Of a stretch of DNA of 64,000 nucleotides, positions 58,793 through 64,000 are shown one piece after another. The position numbers and the translations under genes are program-made. Source of the DNA: Terriglobia bacterium (GTDB lineage Bacteria; Acidobacteriota; Terriglobia; 20CM-2-55-15); NCBI GenBank assembly GCA_963664115.2, contig CAXWPJ010000002.1, positions 1,024,001-1,088,000 on the forward strand. Direction: 5' to 3'. Under the pieces are notes generated by a model that worked only from the letters and a program-made list of their open reading frames with translations, had not been told where the DNA came from and made no database searches. The stretch's first letter is position 1. Each line of letters opens with the position of its first letter.

Positions 58793-61700
58793 TCATCTCG
58801 AGATCTTCAGATTTGGTTTCTTCTGCGAGGTCTTACGGAGTATCCCTCGAATCGTCGTCAGTGCTTTCTCCAACTGTCGGTCGATTCCCCCGGCGTAGTC
58901 CTGGGGCCGGTTGTCGATCTCAATGTCCGGATCGGTTCCATAGTTTTCGACGCCGTATCCGACGTCCTCAAACCAGAAAGAAAATTCGGGTTGTGTCGTC
59001 ACCGTTCCGTCGACGAGCGAGTGGCGTGGCCAGATACCGACCACCCCGCCCCAGGTGCGCTTGCCGATCAGGGGGCCGAGGCCGAAGAGCTTAAAAGAGT
59101 GTGAAAAAATGTCGCCGTCGGAGCCCGCATATTCGTTCGTCAGGGCCACCATCGGCCCCATCGGCGAGGCATAGGGGTACGGTATGGGTTCCCCCCACCG
59201 GCTCACATCGTAGCCAATCCTGCGGCGCGTCAATTTTTCAAGAAGCAGGGGAGAGACGTGTCCGCCACGGTTGAATCGAACGTCGACGATCAGCCCGTCC
59301 CGGTCTGATTCCGGACCGTAGTATCGATGGAACTCCGAGTAACCGAACGGGCTCATGTCCGGTATGTGGATATAACCGACACGGCCTTCAGTTCTTTCGT
59401 GGACGATATTTCGATTCGCCTCTACCCAGTCTCGATACCGGAGCGAGCTTTCCTCGTGAAGCGTTTTCACCGTGACCGTTTCGGTGGAGCGCCGCTTTCC
59501 TCTTCGACGCCGCACAGTAATTTGCACGTCACGGTCAGCCATGTTAACCAGTCGCTCATACGGAGAAATCGCACTGTTTACGGTTTCGCCGTCCACTTGA
59601 AGGATCTCATCACCGGACTCTAAGTTGAGCCCGGGCGCGGCCAGCGGTGAGGCGTATACCGCATCCCAGGAATCGCCTTTCGGAATCCTTTGCACATGCC
59701 ACTTCCCCGTTTTCTTGTTGAAATCGAGATCAGCACCGAGAAATCCCTGGCGCCAGTTGGGGCGCGGCCTGTAATCGCCACCCATTTCGTAGCAATGGGA
59801 GGTTCCTAACTCTCCCTGCATCTCCCACATCAGATCAGAGAATTCCCCCCGTGTTCCGACCCTGTCCACCAGAGGCAGATAACGAGCGCGAACCATTTCC
59901 CAGTCCACCCCTGACATGTCGGCCCTCCAGAAGTGTTCTTTCTGAAGGCGCCAGGCCTCAGCGTACATCTGCCGCCATTCTTCGGTCGGATTCACCGACA
60001 CGGGAATTCGATCCAAATCGACCCAGCCGGTTTCCCGGGAACATTCGTCCTTGGTCTTTTCGGAATCGTCCTTGAACTCCGCAGCCACTGCCCGGACCCG
60101 GTTGCCGCATCGAATTCCAAGGACACGGGCGTCCAACGATAGTGTGAAGTCGCTTACCTTGTCGGAAACCCGGCCTGATTTGTTGTTGTCGAAAGCCCAA
60201 AACTCGAGGATTCCCTTCGAGTCAGGGTTCGTGTCCGTATCGTTACTGAGGCTTCCGACAATGGGGTACTTCGAGTAGAGGGCGCGTCCGCGGGCACCCA
60301 GGATTCCACCGTACCGCCCTTCAGGCACGGGGAACGCTACGATTCGATCCTCGATGTTGTCGAGATCGATTCGAAATACTTCTTTTGTGTCCTTCGACCC
60401 ATCTGCGTTCGAGTCGCCGGTCCCGCCGGGCGCCCGAGGCGTCGCCGTTCCGCGCGCAAACGGTGAGGGTGTGTCTTGTTTCAGAGTGACCAGGTACGGC
60501 CGCATACCCAGCGGAAAACCAAGATCGAAGTAGAGATTGTCATATACCGGGTTGTAGGTCCGTCCCGAGATGAAATAGAGATACTTTCCGTCGGGATCAA
60601 AGCTGGGATATCCGTCGGAGAAATCCTCCCGCGTAATCGTAACGATCTTAGCTGTATCGACCTTGCACAGTCTGATGGCACTGGTGTGTTCAGCGGAGGA
60701 ATGGCCATAGGCGATCCAGTTGGAGTCCGGAGACCAGGCGACGCCGCTGATTCGATGGTACCGGCTGATGTCGAGCACCCGCGATCGTCCCGAGTCGAGA
60801 TCGACCCAGATGACTTCCTGCCGGTGATTTGTCAGGACCAGCCTGTTGATGTCGGGTTGGGATCGCTCTTGTTTTTTTGAGGCCTTGGTTGCCTTCTTTG
60901 AATCTGAGGATTTACTCTCCGTTTTCTTGATCGCGTTTCCAGGAGCGACGTATAGATCGATGGGCCGTCCGAAATCTCCGCGGATGAGCCGGGGTGATTT
61001 GGAACCACCGGGGCAAAATACGATGAGCGATTCCTCTCCGGCTTCGTCGGTCACTGCGACGATGTGTTTGCCGTCTGGAAGCCACGAACCGAGCCGGTAA
61101 CGCACACCCGAGACGGTGCCCAATCGAAGGGGAGCACCAGTCCAGAGGCCCATAGCGAAGAGTCCGCCGCGGTGAATCGAGGCCAGTGTGTGGCCCTTGG
61201 GATGAAGGTCAAAGGATTCCAGGTACCGTTCCGCACTGACGAACTTGCGGTTGCGTTGGCTATGGGTGCTACGGATACGTATGTCGATTTTTCTCGATGT
61301 GTTCCTGGCAGGATCAAAAACGTGAATATCAGCGCCGGCATGGTAGACGATCAAGTGGCCGTCGGTTCTTGGAAAGCGGACGTAGAATTCCCTATGGTCG
61401 GTATGCCGCACCAAGCTCCGGCCTGTCGGCGTGCAGGAGTAAAGGTTGCCGTGCCCTTCGTGGTCTGACAGGAAGTAGATGCGGCGACCGATCCACATCG
61501 GGCCGGCCAGGTTTCCCTCAAGTTGAATCAGTGGAGAGAAATTACCGTCGTTGCCGCGGTCGACCCAGAGAGTTCCGGCCGTGCCGCCGCGGTATCGCTT
61601 CCATCGGGCGGGATCGCCTGAGTTTCTTCCAATCACCGTTCCAGGTAATTCGGTGCTGAAAGAAATGGCTCTGGCTGGGCCATAGTTTTGTGCCTGGGGC

Positions 61701-62080
61701 GTGCCGCCCGATCGTGGGACGGCGACAAGGTGCATCATGCCGACGAAAGGCTGACGCCAGTCGCTTGCTGCAAGGACATTCTTACCGTCTGAGCTCCATC
61801 CCACGACCTGGGTAAAGGCTCCCATCCACGTGAGCCGCCGGGGCGGGCCGCCTTCCGCATCCATGACATAGACTTCTGCCGGGCCATCATCCCGGCCTGT
61901 AAACGCAACGGATTTGCCGTCAGGGGCAAGCGCAGGGAAGGTGGATACCCCTGGATTGGAGGTCAGGCGTCTTGCGGTTCCACCCTCCACAGGTACGGAC
62001 CATAGATCGTCTTCCATCACAAAGACGATGTGATCTCCCGCAATTGTTGGGTGTCGGTAGTAACGTAAGTCCAATGACAT
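58793..62080 (-). CDS. Tricorn protease homolog (peptidase S41)
   Basis: WKRYRGGTAG, GELGTSH, GYIHIPDM, DVRFNRGG, AGSDGD, GKRTWGG; 1095 aa; no signal peptide. Confidence 0.95.
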   Translation of the reverse strand: MSLDLRYYRHPTIAGDHIVFVMEDDLWSVPVEGGTARRLTSNPGVSTFPALAPDGKSVAFTGRDDGPAEVYVMDAEGGPPRRLTWMGAFTQVVGWSSDGKNVLAASDWRQPFVGMMHLVAVPRSGGTPQAQNYGPARAISFSTELPGTVIGRNSGDPARWKRYRGGTAGTLWVDRGNDGNFSPLIQLEGNLAGPMWIGRRIYFLSDHEGHGNLYSCTPTGRSLVRHTDHREFYVRFPRTDGHLIVYHAGADIHVFDPARNTSRKIDIRIRSTHSQRNRKFVSAERYLESFDLHPKGHTLASIHRGGLFAMGLWTGAPLRLGTVSGVRYRLGSWLPDGKHIVAVTDEAGEESLIVFCPGGSKSPRLIRGDFGRPIDLYVAPGNAIKKTESKSSDSKKATKASKKQERSQPDINRLVLTNHRQEVIWVDLDSGRSRVLDISRYHRISGVAWSPDSNWIAYGHSSAEHTSAIRLCKVDTAKIVTITREDFSDGYPSFDPDGKYLYFISGRTYNPVYDNLYFDLGFPLGMRPYLVTLKQDTPSPFARGTATPRAPGGTGDSNADGSKDTKEVFRIDLDNIEDRIVAFPVPEGRYGGILGARGRALYSKYPIVGSLSNDTDTNPDSKGILEFWAFDNNKSGRVSDKVSDFTLSLDARVLGIRCGNRVRAVAAEFKDDSEKTKDECSRETGWVDLDRIPVSVNPTEEWRQMYAEAWRLQKEHFWRADMSGVDWEMVRARYLPLVDRVGTRGEFSDLMWEMQGELGTSHCYEMGGDYRPRPNWRQGFLGADLDFNKKTGKWHVQRIPKGDSWDAVYASPLAAPGLNLESGDEILQVDGETVNSAISPYERLVNMADRDVQITVRRRRGKRRSTETVTVKTLHEESSLRYRDWVEANRNIVHERTEGRVGYIHIPDMSPFGYSEFHRYYGPESDRDGLIVDVRFNRGGHVSPLLLEKLTRRRIGYDVSRWGEPIPYPYASPMGPMVALTNEYAGSDGDIFSHSFKLFGLGPLIGKRTWGGVVGIWPRHSLVDGTVTTQPEFSFWFEDVGYGVENYGTDPDIEIDNRPQDYAGGIDRQLEKALTTIRGILRKTSQKKPNLKISR

Positions 62081-62479
62081 TTAAGAGGTACCTTTCCAGG
62101 AAGACGCTTTGGTTCGAGAAAGAGCGGATTATCATACCGTGTCGATAATCGCTTGACCAGTCAGCGGCAGTGGATACGGAACCGGAAACCGCCCCGTTTC
62201 ACGTCTAAACAGCTTTCGCGGACTTCATGGTACAGAGCCCCCGCTAAAAAATGATTCTGGCTCGGAGCCGATCGTCCATGGGTCTGGTTCGCCAAATGAT
62301 TCATTTTGAAGGGCCTCGGATGTGAATTCCATTCCAGGCTAAACCCTTGATTTTAAGTGTATAGACACAGAATTGCGTGTTCGGCCCCGCAAGGCGACGC
62401 GCATTTCTTTCTCTTGCAAAACGGCTGAGGGCCAGTGATCATGAACTATAATTAGGAAGATTGAGGTCTTCGCTGCCCG

Positions 62480-63193
62480 ATGTCCGATTCCGGGTGGGGG
62501 TGCTATGTCCAAGGAGGGCGGATGCGACCTATTGCTTTTTGTGAACGGTGTCGTGGGATGGAAGCCGGGTGGAACAGGAAGTACCTGACACACCGCATCG
62601 TCTGTATGGGACGTCCGTCTTTTTATCTTAGGCTGCTGGCCTATACAGTCACGGTCGCTTTTCTGATTTCGTTCTTTCCGTCGACAACTTCTATAGAGGT
62701 TTCAGACCGCAGCGATCCGGCTGCGGCAACTGTTCAGGCTGGTGAAGAAGCAGTCCCCACGGTTTCAGACCCCGCGGTCTATGCCATCGAAGACGTTCTT
62801 GGCCGCCATTCACGGGTGGATAGCGCGCAGCGGGCCCGTATCGCGCGCGCTGTGGTCACGAGTGCCCGAAAGCACGATGTGGATCCCTTCCTCGTCGCCA
62901 GCATACTTGTGGTTGAAAGCAGCGGTGATCCCTTTGCCATTTCAGAGCGCGATGCCGTCGGAATAATGCAAATTCACGTTCCCACATGGGGCCTTCTCGC
63001 CGAAGCCCAGGGGATCAACTTGTTCCGGCTCGAGGACAATATCGATATGGGTACCCGGATCCTGAAGGACTACACCCGCAGACATGGCCTTTGGGATGGC
63101 GTCCTGCGTTACCTGGGCGTGACCGGGCCGGGTGAAGGAACCTCATACGTCCAGCGAGTTCAGGGTATCTATTCCGATCGTCTCGCCGATTGA
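62480..63193 (+). CDS. Membrane-anchored lytic transglycosylase (SLT domain); start may be further downstream
   Basis: TM helix, VDPFLVASILVVESS, AVGIMQI, NIDMGTRIL, YVQRV. Confidence 0.85.
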   Translation: MSDSGWGCYVQGGRMRPIAFCERCRGMEAGWNRKYLTHRIVCMGRPSFYLRLLAYTVTVAFLISFFPSTTSIEVSDRSDPAAATVQAGEEAVPTVSDPAVYAIEDVLGRHSRVDSAQRARIARAVVTSARKHDVDPFLVASILVVESSGDPFAISERDAVGIMQIHVPTWGLLAEAQGINLFRLEDNIDMGTRILKDYTRRHGLWDGVLRYLGVTGPGEGTSYVQRVQGIYSDRLAD

Positions 63194-63335
63194 AGTTCTC
63201 GCCAGGCCTGCGTTTCGGGGTGGCCCCCGAGCGATCCCATTCCTAAGAATTCTCCGTTTTTCGGATCAATTCCCTTTAATCAACGGGTTAATGGCACCCC
63301 TAACGAAAAGTTTATATATTAGGTATAAGAAATAA

Positions 63336-63364
63336 TTGACACTAACACGCTCAGGTTCTATAAT
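63336..63364 (+). promoter_or_regulatory. Consensus sigma70 promoter of dnaK
   Basis: TTGACA (63336-63341), 17-bp spacer, TATAAT (63359-63364), AT-rich UP-like tract upstream. Confidence 0.85.
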
Positions 63365-63416
63365 TTTACCCTCGAATAGAGATTAAAGAGGTCCAGAAAG
63401 ATTTTTGCAGAGCTGA

Positions 63417-64000
<584 letters not shown>

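Noticed and set aside
55213-62302. 11-bp direct repeat CCAAATGATTC (55213-55223 and 62292-62302) as island att ends
   Set aside because: Too short, overlaps the tRNA by only 2 bp, and could be chance.

Overview
A mostly core-genome bacterial region, probably Acidobacteriota (inferred from gene content: DUF6599- and DUF6152-like proteins, bshC/bshA, a TPR-secretin-cohesin gspD and an Rne/Rng with an S1 insertion). It runs from a partial accB to a partial dnaK. Housekeeping genes are accBC, thiE, bshC, bshA, an amidase, two lytic transglycosylases, alaS, recX, ilvE, lptE-holA, rpsT, phoH-ybeY-corC-era, gspD with two pseudopilins, a sugar transferase, smpB, a degenerate Fic protein, thiF/moeB, DASS and CstA transporters, pdaD-speB, mdh, two secreted beta-propellers, ppiD, mreBCD-mrdA-rodA, rne/rng, lipA-nfu, dnaX-ybaB-recR, hspQ and tricorn protease. 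RNA genes are tRNA-Thr(CGT), tRNA-Ser(GGA) and SRP RNA. Mobile or decayed DNA comprises an intact IS1380-family element, a 294-bp IS630-like MITE, integrase and Ser/Thr kinase remnants beside tRNA-Ser, and a nonsense-split Tat protein. The most notable unexplained signal is a ~210-235-bp non-coding element present twice, 45 kb apart and inverted (7120-7353 and 51951-52160). Its hairpins are preserved by a compensatory base-pair change and strand-specific G-U pairs, making it a candidate new structured RNA or repeat family. All protein calls are from motif recognition only; no searches were run.
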